From the human T2T-CHM13v2.0 reference genome, Homo sapiens, in assembly GCF_009914755.1 (NCBI RefSeq), contig NC_060926.1: 64,000 nucleotides of DNA. One strand, written 5' to 3'. Positions 1-18,780 of the stretch are shown here, in pieces. How positions within the stretch are numbered: the stretch's first letter is position 1; every line of letters starts with the position of its first letter. The notes under the pieces are model-generated. The model saw only the letters and a list, made by a program, of their open reading frames with translations. It made no database searches and had not been told where the DNA came from. The position numbers were made by a program, and so were the translations under genes.

Positions 1-130
<130 letters not shown>

Positions 131-603
131 CTATTAAAATTTATCCATTTTCCTGTGACTTATCACATTAATTCCTTTTAAGTTTTGTCTCTCTTCTTTA
201 ACGTATTTTAAACATCTTAATTTGTCTCATTTTTCTCCCGTAAATATAGACATTTTCCTTTATCCTATAAGCATATTAAATTTTCTTTATATTAAGTAAT
301 AAGACTAGAAAAAAATCTTAAGGGCTACTCCATTCATAACCTCATTAATAATTCAATTCTTTAAATATAAGAATTAATACTCAATCTTCCTTCAGGGTAT
401 TTTTAGCTTTCTTTTTGTTTAGTTATCAATAAAATACCAAATTTTACCACCAATCATTCTTCACAAAATGAAAGGAAAACATCCATGCTGTTTGGTTCAG
501 TTTAGGCTGTCAAAATGAGTTTGTCCCAGAAAAATAGCTTGTCTTTTTTTGTCTTCTATTTTGTACTACGTGGTCAGACTACACAGTTCTCTTTTATCTT
601 GCC

Positions 604-1262
<659 letters not shown>

Positions 1263-1619
1263 TCAGAGCCATTTTTTTTTAATCAATTTAATTTATATAA
1301 TAACTTTCCAGTGCTAACATCTAGGGTAACTGATGAGTCGTCTACGTGTTTACCTGATACAGATTTGAGGACTTCTTAATTACACAACTGTTTAAAAGGC
1401 TTTCATATCTGAATATATCCTAACTTCAAAAAACTGCTGCTTACTAAATAGAAAATGTATTTCATGCCAAATCTCACCTATTCTTGACTTTTGCACTAAT
1501 TTCTCTTGTCTGAGTAAGAAGATAACCTCATTGTGCATCATTTTCATGTAGTTTTATGAAAAACACATTTTCTTCATTATACAGGCAACTATACAGCCTA
1601 CATAATATAGTCTGATAAA

Positions 1620-1860
1620 TAAGAGCTAATAACGAGAACCAATGTTTACTGACACTATGTGCCACGTATGATGTTAACTGAGACTTTGCCTGCGTTATCT
1701 CATTTAGGCCTCACAACAACTCAATACATAGATATTAGGATTATTATTCTAATTTTACAGATAAAGAAATTGAGACACAGGGGAGTTAGATGTGCCCAAC
1801 CTAGCATGTGGCAAAAATGGGATCTGAACCCTGGCAACCTAACTTTGGAGCTTGTATGCT
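1620..1860. mobile_element. MIR remnant
   Basis: MIR core-like attttacagataaagaaattgagacacag and ctcatttaggcctcacaacaac. Confidence 0.7.
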
Positions 1861-1984
1861 TAGTAATCATTCATGAAATTGTCTCCCAAGATGTTTTATT
1901 GTCTATACTCTAATCGACTTTTCTTCATTTGAATTCTATTAATTTCAAATTAAAAAATAAAATAAATAAAACTCAGTATTTTCA

Positions 1985-2134
<150 letters not shown>

Positions 2135-2763
2135 TTAATAATAATATTTCTTAAGTCTGAACTGTTATGACTTGAATAAAAATGCACGTGCTTAATTGAA
2201 TAAACTGATATTCAACCATAATTCAATTCAAACATATAAGTTAAACAAATGGCCCAGAGCTCTTGCCTTTGAAAAGCACAGTTTTACAGAGAATCTGAGT
2301 TGTTTAAACAAACAATTAAAATATGACATGACATATGTAGTAAAAAACACGTACAAGGTTTAGAAAGATAATGAAAGAAGTAGGTGCACAGTATTTGATT
2401 TCTATTCGTTCAGTCTCAAAGAATATGATGTGCTAACCAGATAACTTTTGCCTAAACAGTCTTAATATAAGTATGTTAAGCGCTAAATGTTACTTTGGCA
2501 TGGTCAGGGAATGATTAAGAGTTTTTCTAAGTTGTATAGAGAAATATTTGATTAACATTTTTTAGAAGCAACTGCTGCTTCCAAGAAATGATGCTCTAAA
2601 TGAAAATAAAAATTCATTATTAACATCTGAAATACCATCATGGTTTATCAATAAAATATAAAGTATATAACAGTTCTTATCTCTGCAGTATTCAAAACTA
2701 GGGCAAAGACAGTCAGGATTAGGTCTCTGAACACTAACAGTATTTAGAAAAGTTTACAATTCA

Positions 2764-2949
<186 letters not shown>

Positions 2950-3624
2950 TTAAAAAGGTTTTTTTAATTAAATAAAATTACATTAATTCCAGTTATTTCT
3001 ACATACACCACAAAACTCTTGTCAAAGAAGAAACATGCTTGAAGCACTCAAAGATAAACTCAATGTTTATTCAACAAAAACAGGGAGGGAAAGTTACACA
3101 AAAGGTCCATATGATATTTCTCACTGAATAATAGCACATTTTCAGTAATACAGGAAAATTGTTCCAGTAGAAAAATTCAAAGATAAGTCACTGTACTCTC
3201 ACAAAACAAATAGCTTACACTAAGTAACTTTCTCAAGAAAGTTTACCTAAACACCTATAATTCTAGAAATATTGCTAACAATTCAGTTAAATACTATCAT
3301 AACACAAATGACATGTTATTCCTTCAAATTCTTGCTTTTCATTCAAACCAACAGGTGGATGGCACATTGTCAGAGCTTATAGAATTTTATGAGTATTTGA
3401 TGATGCAGACTAGTTCAAATTAGATCCAAGAGTTTTCAAAATTTATAATATTAAAGGCTTTCAATTGCCCAGAAGCACACCAGAGTTTTATTTTTTAGAT
3501 CAGTTGTACAGATGCACTGATAAAAAAGAAAGAAATCTAATCTTAAAGAGGGGAGGGTCACAAACTAATATGGATGCAAATACAAATACAGAAAATTATA
3601 GACTTTGAGGATATATACCTAACT

Positions 3625-3707
3625 ATATATTTTATATGTAATTACATATAAATAATTATATATGTAATACATATATGTAATTACTTATAAATAATTATAT
3701 ATATATA
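3625..3707. repeat. AT-rich low-complexity tandem repeat (atatgtaattacatataaataattat-like unit twice)
   Basis: Direct reading; adjoins the tail of an Alu fragment. Confidence 0.7.
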
Positions 3708-3708
3708 A

Positions 3709-3859
3709 ACAGACAGAGTGTTGTCCTGTCACCCAGGCAGGAGTGCAGTGACATGATTATAGTTTGGGGTAGGCTCTAACTCCTGGGGTCAAGCGATCCT
3801 CCCATCTCAGCCTCTGGAGTAGCTAGGATTACAGGTGCGTGCCACCATTCTTGGCTAAT
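3709..3859 (-). mobile_element. Alu monomer/right-arm fragment (FRAM/AluJ-like)
   Basis: gtcacccaggcaggagtgcagtg...gtagctaggattacaggtgcgtgccacc. Confidence 0.85.
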
Positions 3860-3963
3860 GAGTAATTTGAAATCATGTTATATAATGAGAATATTTCTAA
3901 GCCTTTCTAATATAGACCTCAGAGAAAAAGAATATGCGACAGTAATTAAAAATTTCAGAATTG

Positions 3964-4331
<368 letters not shown>

Positions 4332-4445
4332 TCAGAGATGATATTAGGATTTAAAACTACTACAGGCACTCCTGAAGTAGGAAGGAACAATGTAAGAAGA
4401 AAATCTAGATGTCAATGTGTACTATCGTTAGATAAGATACATTTA

Positions 4446-4613
<168 letters not shown>

Positions 4614-4660
4614 CTAAACAAAAATGGAAAAAAGGTCTTAAATAATTCAAGCAGTAGTTA

Positions 4661-5149
<489 letters not shown>

Positions 5150-6489
5150 CTAAAATTATGTGATGAGAAAACTAACAACATAACCTTCTGGAAAAGAGTG
5201 CTCTACTGATTTATGCCACAAGAGGGCCCACAAGAACTTTGTCCTGACCCTTCAGACACAATGGTTTTGAGGGTTGTGGACTGACTTGATGTGTCCCTTA
5301 CAACAGCTAAGGGACAGATTTTCTCTCAAAAACTTACAAATGTTTGTACTTCTACATCAGAGTGATTTTCCCCAAACACATCAATGTCACCTTAAAATGA
5401 GGTAGCACACAGTCTGCCTTACCTCTTAATTAAAGGCAGGATACATTTCATTAAGTGCAGCAAAATTAATATGCCCTAACAAACCAGTGTAAAAGTCAAG
5501 ATGAATGCACCAGTCTTAAATTCATACTAAAACATGGCCTCAAAAAGGCAATGTGATCCAGGATACCTCAGCCCCAATCTTGGATCTCCACTGAACAAGA
5601 TGTGGCAAGTCATTTACCCTTTCCTAAGTAAGTTTCAGCAGTCTTATCCTAAAGTGGCAGTAATAATGTTTCCTCTATAATTAGTAAATAGAAAAATCAC
5701 TCAACTACTGAGAGTATTGTGTCTTTTCACTTAGATATAAAATGGCATAGTTAAGAATTCTGACATTTATGGAAATAATTATATTTTAAAGAATCATGGA
5801 TCTTAGAAACCCAGATCCTTCCTATTCTGGTAACTCAAAAATCTGTTAAGTTGGACATCTGCTGCTATGGTGGCTGAGCTCCCAGTAAGCACTCAAACAC
5901 TTAAAAAAACAAAATCCAGTCAGGATAAAGAAGGTCAAGTTGTCTGTAAATGCAAAGCCCTATTCATAGTCCAAAGTAGAAAGAATAAATGCATTCTTAA
6001 CTGAGTTTGAGAAAACAGTTTTCAGGAAAGGAAACTGAATTACACTGCATCGGATCAGACAAAACCCGAAAGTCTGGTTCATTTTCAAAAGATAAAGATG
6101 GAATCTAAAGTTATTTTTACTACAAAGGCAATTTAAAACTTAAATATTAGGTTTAAAAAAAATCAAGCATTTGATGTAGAATCAGCGTATCTAATCTAGG
6201 TATCACATTTTTTAATCACATATTTAAATATAAAAATTACATAAGGGGTTCATTATTTAAAGAAGGAAACAGAAAGGTATTAGGCTAAATAAATGTTTTA
6301 ATACTTCAAGAAAATTGAATAAGATGATTATTATTTTAAAATTGAGATAATCAAACTATGAAACTACCTACTAGACATAATTAGAGAGTCAAATAAGTTC
6401 AAGCTCAAAGAAACACATCAATTTTGTCTTAACATCTTTCTGTATTCAAAGAACTTTGAATGATGAGATTGCTATAAAAAATATCATTA

Positions 6490-6803
<314 letters not shown>

Positions 6804-6908
6804 CTAAACTAATAGTTATCATATGAGAACCCCTGTGGTTATCATATCCCGAAGCATATGGTGAGAAGTTCAGTTCAGAATTTGTTAATAACCATGAAAC
6901 CATTTTTA

Positions 6909-7190
<282 letters not shown>

Positions 7191-7266
7191 TCAAAATCTC
7201 CACAAACAGAAATCTGATAAATTTTGGTATTAGGTGTATTTCTAAATAATACCAACAGCAACATTA

Positions 7267-7467
<201 letters not shown>

Positions 7468-8255
7468 TCAGAGATATTAAAGGAATCTGTAATTTTTAAA
7501 AAGTGAAAGGAAACTAAGGAAATGTGTATGAAGTACTCAAGTCATAAGAAGCATCAGTTAGATTACCAACTCCTAAAATGAGTTATTTAGAACAATGACA
7601 GTACCAATGAATATTTATTTCAGGGAATGATTTTAAGGATTTACATAATTTTAGCCTTACTTTGGAGATTTCCATAGAATATACAAGAAGAAATGGATAG
7701 CTACTTGTGATAGCTTTTCTACAATATCATTAATAAAATTTCAGGTGAGTTAAAAAAAAAATCAACCTTAGAGTTTCTGTATAACAAAAGTGTTTGGTTT
7801 TTAAAAATTTGAAACTTTTCTGAGAGCTTTTTGTATTCAAAAGTAACTGCCTCAAATTTTCACTAAAGAAAAAAGGAAGAGTTAATATGATCCAAACTAA
7901 AATCCTCACGAAAAGCATACCTTCTACAATACCAGAATTATGTAGCAGCACATCAAATCGGAAAACCAGGTGATCGGGTTCAATCCTGTTGTTTACAGAT
8001 GAGACTACCGAAGTAAACAGAGATTGAAGTGCTTTGCTCAAAAAACGGCCAGATAGGATGGCATGGCCTCCTCAACACAATGCAGATGCAGGTGGGTGGA
8101 GAAGGCAGAAAAGCATCTGCAAGAGCAAGAAAGTGCTATGGGCCTAACACTTAGATAAGGAATTGTTAAAGTTGAAAAATGCAAGAGTAAAAAGACCACG
8201 TTTCTATTCTTCCTTATTTTAGTCCAAGTCTGTATATAAACCGTTTACACGTCAC

Positions 8256-8517
<262 letters not shown>

Positions 8518-8825
8518 TAATTAGCTACTCTTGATAATGGATTTATAAGACCCAATCTTAGAAGCAGATTATATTATGATTATATCCTAAGAGCTAATGT
8601 TGGAGAAAGTCTAGATTATTAACAGCATGACTTTGTTGTCAGATAGATCTAAGTTAAATGTGACCCTGGAAGTTTCTGAACCTTTTAAAGTCTCAGTTTC
8701 TTCATCTGTAAAATGAGTATAAACTTTCCTCTTGGATCACCTTATTATAGGATCAAACCCTATAAATGAGTAGTATCAATTATTCTTATCATTAGGATTA
8801 CTATTAATCTTTATAAGGTTCTTCA

Positions 8826-9237
<412 letters not shown>

Positions 9238-9437
9238 CACCTGAGACACAGTAGACCATATTTATGAATTCTCTTCCTCCTGCTATTCCTGGCTCTGCCA
9301 TTTATTCTGTTATTAGTTTCCCCTTCCTACCTCACAGTTCTCTTATTAAAACAAATGACAACCTCAGGGGAAAATTACAATAAAACTCAACTAATAATAA
9401 GTGTAGTTTAATAAATTACTTTTTCTACCCTAATTTA

Positions 9438-9671
<234 letters not shown>

Positions 9672-10309
9672 CTAAAACAGAAGCTAACTTTTTAAAAGGG
9701 CCATAACATTAATTATTATTTTTTTCTTATTTCTCCCAGAAAAATAGAAGCATCATACCTTTAAAAGAATAATAGTAATTAAGAGCTGGAGTCTTGATCC
9801 TGATGTACTCCAGCCTCCTTCTGAGTAGCACATGAAGCAGTGCAGTCCATCAACCAAAAGTAATTTAAAAGAACTGCCAATCACTCCCAGGCCCTACACA
9901 TAGTACTCTAGTAAGATTTTTCTCAAACTCAGTTTACCATGGGCCAAAAGGGTCCCATAATGGTAGGTGAGTTACCAAAAGAGAGTTTTATGATCAAGTG
10001 AGTTCAAGAAGAGGTTACTATAGGAGCTCTTATAGCAATTAGTATGTTAATGTGTAACATGATTATGTGTAATATGTGTAATATGAATATTTAATGTGTA
10101 AATAGATAATATATGCAGTATTTTCTAGGGCTATTTTTATCAAGGCCAATTACTGTCATAGACTCAGCTCCAAGGAACACAGGTTTAGAGATACTGATTC
10201 AAGTAGTGTCCCATCCCTTCTTTCATTTGCTTTCTCAAATCTGCAATGAGATAGAAGCCTAGTAAGTAAGCTTACTGGTTTTGTGTTCTCGGTTGCCCTC
10301 CCTTCTTTT

Positions 10310-10885
10310 AACAATGCTTATTAAGGGCTTACCTATGGCCTGGCACATTCTGATGGTTGGGATAGATTAGCGAGCAAAGCAAACAAATCACTGCCTTTGT
10401 GAAGGTTAAACTCTGGTGTCACGAGACAAACAACTTAATAAATAAGTAAATTATATGGTATGTTAGGTGATAAATGCCGTTAAAAAAATGGAACAAGATA
10501 AAGGGAGAATGGTAAATACGCATGGGGTGGAGAGGGGATTATCAATAAAGAGCTTAGGGTAGACCCCACTGAGAAAGTAACGTTTGGGCAAAGTCTTAAC
10601 GTGAGAGAGTTAACCACGCCAGGCCAGGCTTTGCAAAGGCTCTTAGATGGAAGCATACCCATCATGTTTGAAAAACCACAAGGAAAGTGAACAGGCTGAG
10701 AGGCAAGAGTGGAGGCAGAGAGAGCAGGCAGAAGGTAAGAGGTTAGTTGATAAGCAGTAGAGCTGTTTAAGGTAGTCAGGTTTGGGATATAATTGAAAGG
10801 TAAAGCCAATAGGATTTCATGGTGGATTCTCTTTATGGCATGAGCAAAAGAAAGGAGTCCAGGATAATTCCAAGACTTCTGGCCA
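10310..10885. mobile_element. L2 remnant
   Basis: Degenerate L2 3'-region motifs (aaggagtccaggataattccaagacttctggcc). Confidence 0.6.
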
Positions 10886-11959
10886 AGAATATCTTATTTC
10901 TTCAGTAAGAGTTTTAGTACATGTCTTTGTGACATTGACCTTTGGCATTTAAAAAACGCATAATTTGACCTACATCAATTAATGACACAATTATTTTCCT
11001 GATTATCCAGGCTCAAAACTTTAGGAAACAGGAATACGAGAGAAGTAAGAGTTAACAAAATTTTTCTACATAGTTTTTTGTTCTTTAAGCAGCAGATTGC
11101 TTTCTTTAAAGGGATACTTACTTGAAAACTCGCATACAGTAACTGAGAGTTCTCATTTGGTGTTCAACTCACACATCTACTTTGCCCCAAACCTGGGGTT
11201 TTGGAAGACAGATTAAAAACCACTATTCTAATTCACTTCTTTCTTTCATTTTCCAGTTCAAATCCTTATTATTTTCCAGTTCAAATCCAGTTCAAATCCT
11301 GCCTTAACTACTATAATAGCCTCTTTACAGTTCTTAACTGGAAATTTCCTTAATCTTCTATGTATCTTCCAGATTAATCTCTTTCAGTCAGAGTTAAGCT
11401 TGTTATGACACTATTCAAAAATCTTCAACAGCTATTATCTTCTTACTAAAGACCCCAAATCCTAAAGATCCAAAATCCTTTAGAGGACATTCAAAGTCCT
11501 CTAAAACTGACCTTAAATAAACCTTTCATCCCTGTCTTTTAGTTCTCCCCCAATGGGTGGAAATCAGGCATGGTTATTTAAACACAACATTTAAAGTTAC
11601 TGATATTGTTCAGTTATGTCATTGTCAATGTCATTTCTTCTTTCTGGAACATCCTTCTGTACCAACTTTGTCCACAGAAATCCTATCTAGCCTTCAACCT
11701 AGCATCATGTATTTTTTTGCTTTGAAATCTAAGAAAATTTTGGCAATGTAAGTTTAGTGACAAAAATCTTCCCATTCCTTAACTTTCCTTTTTGTTGTCA
11801 CTATAATCCGAGACACCGTGATATCCTCAAAAATTGTTCACTGTACCTCCAAGAAATACTTACCAGGTCAGCTAATGTTTATATTTATGTTTATACAGTG
11901 GCTGTAAAAGTAGTGCACTCATACCCGGTGCCCAAATTTTGTTATCTAATTTCATTCTC

Positions 11960-13105
11960 CACCAAAAGGAACCAGGGCTCCTCAGAGAAATGGCAGATTC
12001 CAGGGCTGGGGCAGTGTAGATGTGAGATGAGCCTTTACCATCTTATTCTTTCAAAAAACAAGGATGTGCTTGAAAAGGGTGAGGGCCACTGGCCAAATCT
12101 GGGACAATTAAGCACCAAAATAATTAAGTACTGAATTTTTAAAAATAGGAATTCACATGTTCATACCAATAGCAAACAGATAAAATAAATAATATATGAG
12201 GGAAAAGGAAGGGCTGGAGTTGGAAAAATTAGCATTTTGCCACCATCACAGTAAAGACTGGGTCATACCAGAGTCAGCAATGGTGCTAAACTGAGGTGGA
12301 AACTTTGATGAAGAACAGAATATCTACATGTTCTAGGGTGTCTCCTTACAGAGTACTTATTAGTTACAAGAAATTAAAAAACAAAAGTTATATATTACAT
12401 AGTGGAGATAATACCTTGATTGGATAACCAAAAGTAAAAATCATCAATGAGAGTTAGATGCCCTGAGAGAGACTGCATCACCTATGTAGTATTCCAGCCA
12501 AGAATGCACAACCTGAATCTCAGCACAAAGAAACATCAGGCAAGCACAAAGTAAGGAAAATTCCATTTTAAAAATAACAGAGAAACCATATTCTTCAAAA
12601 ATGTCAATGTCAGATAAAGAAAGGGCTGTGAAAAAAAAAACTAGATTAAAAGAGGCTAATGTGACAAATAAATGCAATATCTGACCCTAGACTAGATGCT
12701 GTACTAGGCATAGAGGATGCTATAAAGGATATTATTAGGTCAACTGACAAAACTTGCATATGGATGGTAAGGCATTGTATTAATATAAATTGATAATGCT
12801 TATAACTTTTGTAGTTATGTAAGAGAATATCTCTATTAGGAAATATACACTGATGTATTTAAGAGTAAAGGGCCATGATGCATATTTAACTTATCCTCAA
12901 ATATTTCAAGAAAAACAAGTGTGTATGAGGGAATGGGGGAGAAGAGTGAGAGTGGGCAAGAGGACACGGGCAAGCATATAAAGCAGGCAACCAGGTTGGG
13001 GTAGGTAAAGTCTGAGCACATAAGGTTTTTTTTTTTCTTTTTTGGTACCACGTTTATTGTACAACTGTCTGTAGTTTGAAATTATTTCCAAACAAGAGTT
13101 TAAAA
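11960..13105 (+). mobile_element. Old L1M (L1MC/MD-like) 3' remnant
   Basis: ccagggctcctcagagaaatggcagattccagggctgggg and ggaaatatacactgatgtatttaagagtaaaggg motifs. Confidence 0.65.
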
Positions 13106-14162
13106 ACAAAAGAAAGGTACTCAAGAGTCTTGCAGGAGCTCTATAATCAAACTCAAGACCATACCATTAAATGAAGGTTTACCATAATTCTAGACATTTA
13201 AGGGTTCCTATTACTCATTACTGAAAAAACATTTGATTTTCAGTAAGTTCTCAAGTGACACTGGTATATACCTTACCTAATATTACCTTAGAGTCTTAGC
13301 ATAACTATTTTATTCTTTGTTTCCTTCTATTTCCTGATAATAGATAACAAATTTTATTCTCAAAAATTAAAACCTTTATTTTTATCTTTTGTAGAATGTC
13401 CAACTTGAAGTTGCCATTAGAACAAATTTAGGTCAGAGTATGCACATACCCTATAATAACAATAAGTAGTATTTAGCCGATATGATCTTCTATTTTGAGT
13501 TACATATCAGATAGAAAATCAAGTATTTACCATTATCTACCTCCATATTATGTTAAATATTCTATATTTTATTTACCAGAACACTAGATTCAAATAATAA
13601 AGTTAAAAATAGATATTTTAATTGGTCATCTCAACAGTAGTATTAGGTTAAAGTATAAACAGAGAAAGCAGGTGTGCATGACTAAAAGAGGAAGAGGAGT
13701 TAAGTGTGTCTGCAGTAAACAGATAGCGTTTATTTTGACTTATTTCCTCTTCCATTAAAAACCTCTTTTCCTCTAAAGCAGTAGCGGGTCCTTAGGGAAT
13801 ACAATGTCTCCTAAGTGCAAAAATCAACTGCCAAACTAATATGAAATAGAATCCATTTTTGCCCTAAGGATGGTCTCTGCAACTCCAAAAGTAAAACCAG
13901 CCAATCAACCAACAGACTGACCAACCAACCTTATCTTCAATTAAAAATATAGTTTAAAGATTCAAGATTTGATATCATTGACCATACTGAGAAAACTTCC
14001 TTATTTTAAAAGTTAAATGCTCAACAGCATTAACTCAGTAAGTGCAAAACACAAAACAACAACAAGGCATTATGATTCAATAATGAATCATCATGTCATA
14101 TTTCTGGATTGTGATTTTAAAAGTTCACTTTTAAATAGCTGCTCTTCGCTAATTGGTTGCTT

Positions 14163-14406
14163 ATGAGTCATACACATGGCTGCTGACCTTTGTGCCAATC
14201 TTGTCAAGTCTTTCAGGCTGCATATGTGAAAGCAGATGGAGCTTTTCCTTGAGAGCCACAGAAGCAATATATGCATGCAGTTCAGGTACAGAGATGACAT
14301 CACCCTTCACAATAGCATTACCTCACCCCCTAAGCATAGGAATGAGTCACCCGATAGTCAGCTGCAAATCTCCTGGTAGAAAAAAATGTAGGTTACGGTG
14401 ATGCAT
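14163..14406. promoter_or_regulatory. Candidate intronic enhancer (AP-1 x2, CRE-like, E-box)
   Basis: ATGAGTCAT 14163-14171, TGACATCA 14295-14302, TGAGTCA 14343-14349, CAGCTG 14359-14364 in apparently non-repeat sequence. Confidence 0.4.
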
Positions 14407-14929
14407 TTTCACATCCCACTGATTTGTTCATGTAAGCAGCTATTTGTTCTGATTCGCTGCTCTGCATCTCAAACTTATTGTGTGACTTGCTTCTCCCTTA
14501 AGTCATTTTAAAAAGTCTAAATTTTTGTATTTATTTTCTTTATTGTTTTTTCCCTGTTCATAATTTAAAATAAAAGGTGCTAGCAAACTCCCAGAGTCTA
14601 TCTGTGTAATCATAAAGCAGTTTAGTAAAGTAATTCCGTTTCTGTTTCTTAACAAAACCTAAGTGGTACAATGAATACCAGTGGCACTTGCAATCAGGGA
14701 CTTCTATCTGAAATTAAAATGTGAAAATAACTTTAATTTTAAAGTGGAGGAAGGAATTTCATATGAGAAAATAAAGGAAGTACTACTACTAAAATGAGCA
14801 CTACCAGCATTAAAAAACAAAAATTCCTCTAACCATAAGAAAAAATGTTTTCCATTTGATTCTTCCCTATTTTTCTATGCAGCCAACCCCTCTCCCCAAC
14901 TGACTCACACACTTTTTGGAGTACATTCA

Positions 14930-16159
<1,230 letters not shown>

Positions 16160-16727
16160 TAGTTAGGATTTTTCTATAAAGAACTTTTCCTCATTCGGTT
16201 TTGGAAGCCAGATTTGCATACATTAGCATTTTCTTGATTAGTGACTCAGGCATTAAACACTCTCAAATCCCAAAAATTGTATCCAGAAGTAACTCACCCA
16301 CTATAAAACTGAAAATTGAAAAGGGTTCAGGAGACTTGGTGAGACCAGTGTGTTCCCTAACCAGGAACACACTGGCCCTGATAGTTAACAAAAGCCAAGT
16401 TCTGTGTATAAGCTAAGAAGCAACAAGGTTTAAAAAGGAGAAGAGGGGGTAAGAAAAAGAGTGTGGCAAGATGCAGACTCACTGAATGTAGAGATAAGGA
16501 AGAATGAACATAGGCCATGAAGAAAGAGAGTGTAAAACACCAATTATCCTAGAATATTTATTAAAGGGGCACACATCCCTGTCCCACCTAAGAACCCCAG
16601 AGAGCATTTCTAGGATAATACAATAACATTCTTACAATATTTACAAATAAATAATTCTTACAACTTACAAATAAAAAGATACAACTCATTAAGATTGGGA
16701 AGATGTGAAATACATGAATACACCATT

Positions 16728-16990
16728 AATGTTCTCACTTGTAAGTGAGAGTTGAACAATGAGATCACATGGACACAGGGAGGGGAACAACACATACTGG
16801 GGCCTGACGGGGGTGGGGAGCAAGGGGAGGAAGAGCATTAGGACAAACACCTAATGTATGTGGGGTTTAAAACCTAGATGATGGGTTCATAGGTAAAGCA
16901 AACCACCATGACACATGTATACCTATGTAACAAACCTGCACATTCTGCTATATCCTGGAACTTAAAGTAAAAAAAAAAGAAAAATAAAAA
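16728..16990 (+). mobile_element. L1PA 3' UTR fragment
   Basis: atgttctcacttgtaagtg...ggacacagggaggggaacaac...aacaaacctgcacattctg, then A tail. Confidence 0.9.
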
Positions 16991-17629
16991 TATGCCATTA
17001 AAAATGCTAAATTGTTGACTTTTTTATTATCTGGAAGTCTCCTTTGCCTAGAACAATTACTTTCCTAGCCATACTAGTTGTTTTGCAAACCAAGGTGATG
17101 GGGCAACAGCACACATCCAAAACATAAAATCAAGATGTATCCATACCAACCAGACCAGCTGACTGCACCTCATCCAGCCCCATCCCCTGGGTCCCTGACT
17201 CTACTACTCATTTACTATGTGACCTCGGATAAAAACGAACACTTCACTGTTTTACAAAATGTCTCACGTTTCCTTATTTCACTTGATTCTCAAAATCGCT
17301 CTCCACAACTAACTTAAAAGGGATTCCTTTTTGGTCTTCAACCACTGACTAATGCTTTTATCACTTTGGGCATCCACAGGCTTCCTGCTTTTTCCCACTG
17401 CTTTCCAAGTTCCCCAGTTGACAGTGGAAAGGGTTTTCTGATGTTCTGTTTTGCTGCAAAACTTTCAATAAGACTAACAAATCAAGGAGTTGTTTGAAGA
17501 GGCATTTGCATTATAAATCAGTTATCTCTAATTATGGAAGTATTTATATTTATACATATTCATAAAGTCTTCACACCAAGTAGCAGATGCAAAAATCTGA
17601 AGGAAAGCAGGATAATCCCTAAAATCCTA

Positions 17630-18780
17630 CTAAAACAAATCTATCATTGAAACACTTTTTCTCTCAATTTTCTCTAACTTATCAGTCTCTCTCAATTTTA
17701 AAATGTTGGACTTCAAAGCTTTGGTCATAGGTCTTCTCACCCTACTTTCTTTCAAGGTGATTGATCTTCTCAGTTCCCATGACACAAGCAATTCTAATTT
17801 TAACTTCAGCCCAGACTTTTCCTCTGTCAGCACAAGACCCATAAAGTCAAATGCCTTCTTTAGCATCTCTGCTTGGAGAGCTCTCATGGTCTCTCCCAAC
17901 TCATATCTAAACAACACATGTTCTTCCTTTCTATACCTGTTCTTAATTTACTACTAAATCCTCCTTTGGTCTTGTAATTTTATCTTCCTCGTTAAACATC
18001 TTTTGAATCTGTCACTTTACTTCACTCATTTCCACTGTCTCCATCCAGTCTATCATCCCCATCTGGATGACTACCATGCAGTCTCTTAACTAGTGTGGGA
18101 GACTAGAAATAGTCTCCCAATTTCTGCTGTTGTTTCAGTCCATTTTCTACAGTCAGAGTGATCTCTTCCACTTAAACCTTCAATGGTTTCTCATGGCTCA
18201 GGATAAAATCTGGAATGTCTAACATAGCTTACTAGACCCTGCATAACCTGATCCTGGCCCACCTCAATGGGCTCATTTCGGCTGCTCTCTCCCAACCCTC
18301 ATTCCTGTTGCCATCCTCAACTTCTCTCAGTTCCCCAAACATGCCATGATAACTCTCGCCTTAAGGCCTTGAGATAGGCTATTTCCTCTCCCAGCATAAT
18401 CCTCCCCCTCCTCTCTATCCATCTCTTGCCTCAGTAACTCCTGATCATACAAGAGAGGCCTTCTTTGACCATCAGGCTAGGTAAGCACTTATGCTTGTTA
18501 GAGTCTTTCTTTGTGCTCTATCCTGCCTTGTGCCAGTTACCACACTCAATTGCATTATTTGTACTATAATTATTTCATATTTGCCTCCCTAGCTGGCTCC
18601 ACACAGTACCTTATAAGTTCTAGAAAGGCAAGAATCACATCTGTCCTGGGCAGTGCACAATTCTGCACGCCTCCCTCCTGCAATCCCGCAATGCTGAATT
18701 CAGTTTTGGATGTGTTAAGTTTTGGTGCCTGTGACTATCCCACTAGGGTTGTCCTAGAAGCAGTTTAGATGCTCAAAATG
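17630..18780. mobile_element. L2 remnants
   Basis: Pyrimidine-rich degenerate L2 motifs (cttcaatggtttctcatggctcaggataaaatc). Confidence 0.55.

Noticed and set aside
11252-11300. Three copies of ccagttcaaatc resembling a mini repeat-spacer array
   Set aside because: Simple slippage duplication; no regular spacers and no CRISPR context in human DNA
14091-14303. 70-aa minus-strand ORF with a hydrophobic start as an alternative coding first exon
   Set aside because: No convincing GT donor in phase with exon 3 found; region kept only as an enhancer candidate
16799-16830. G-rich G4-like tract
   Set aside because: Standard feature of L1PA 3' UTRs
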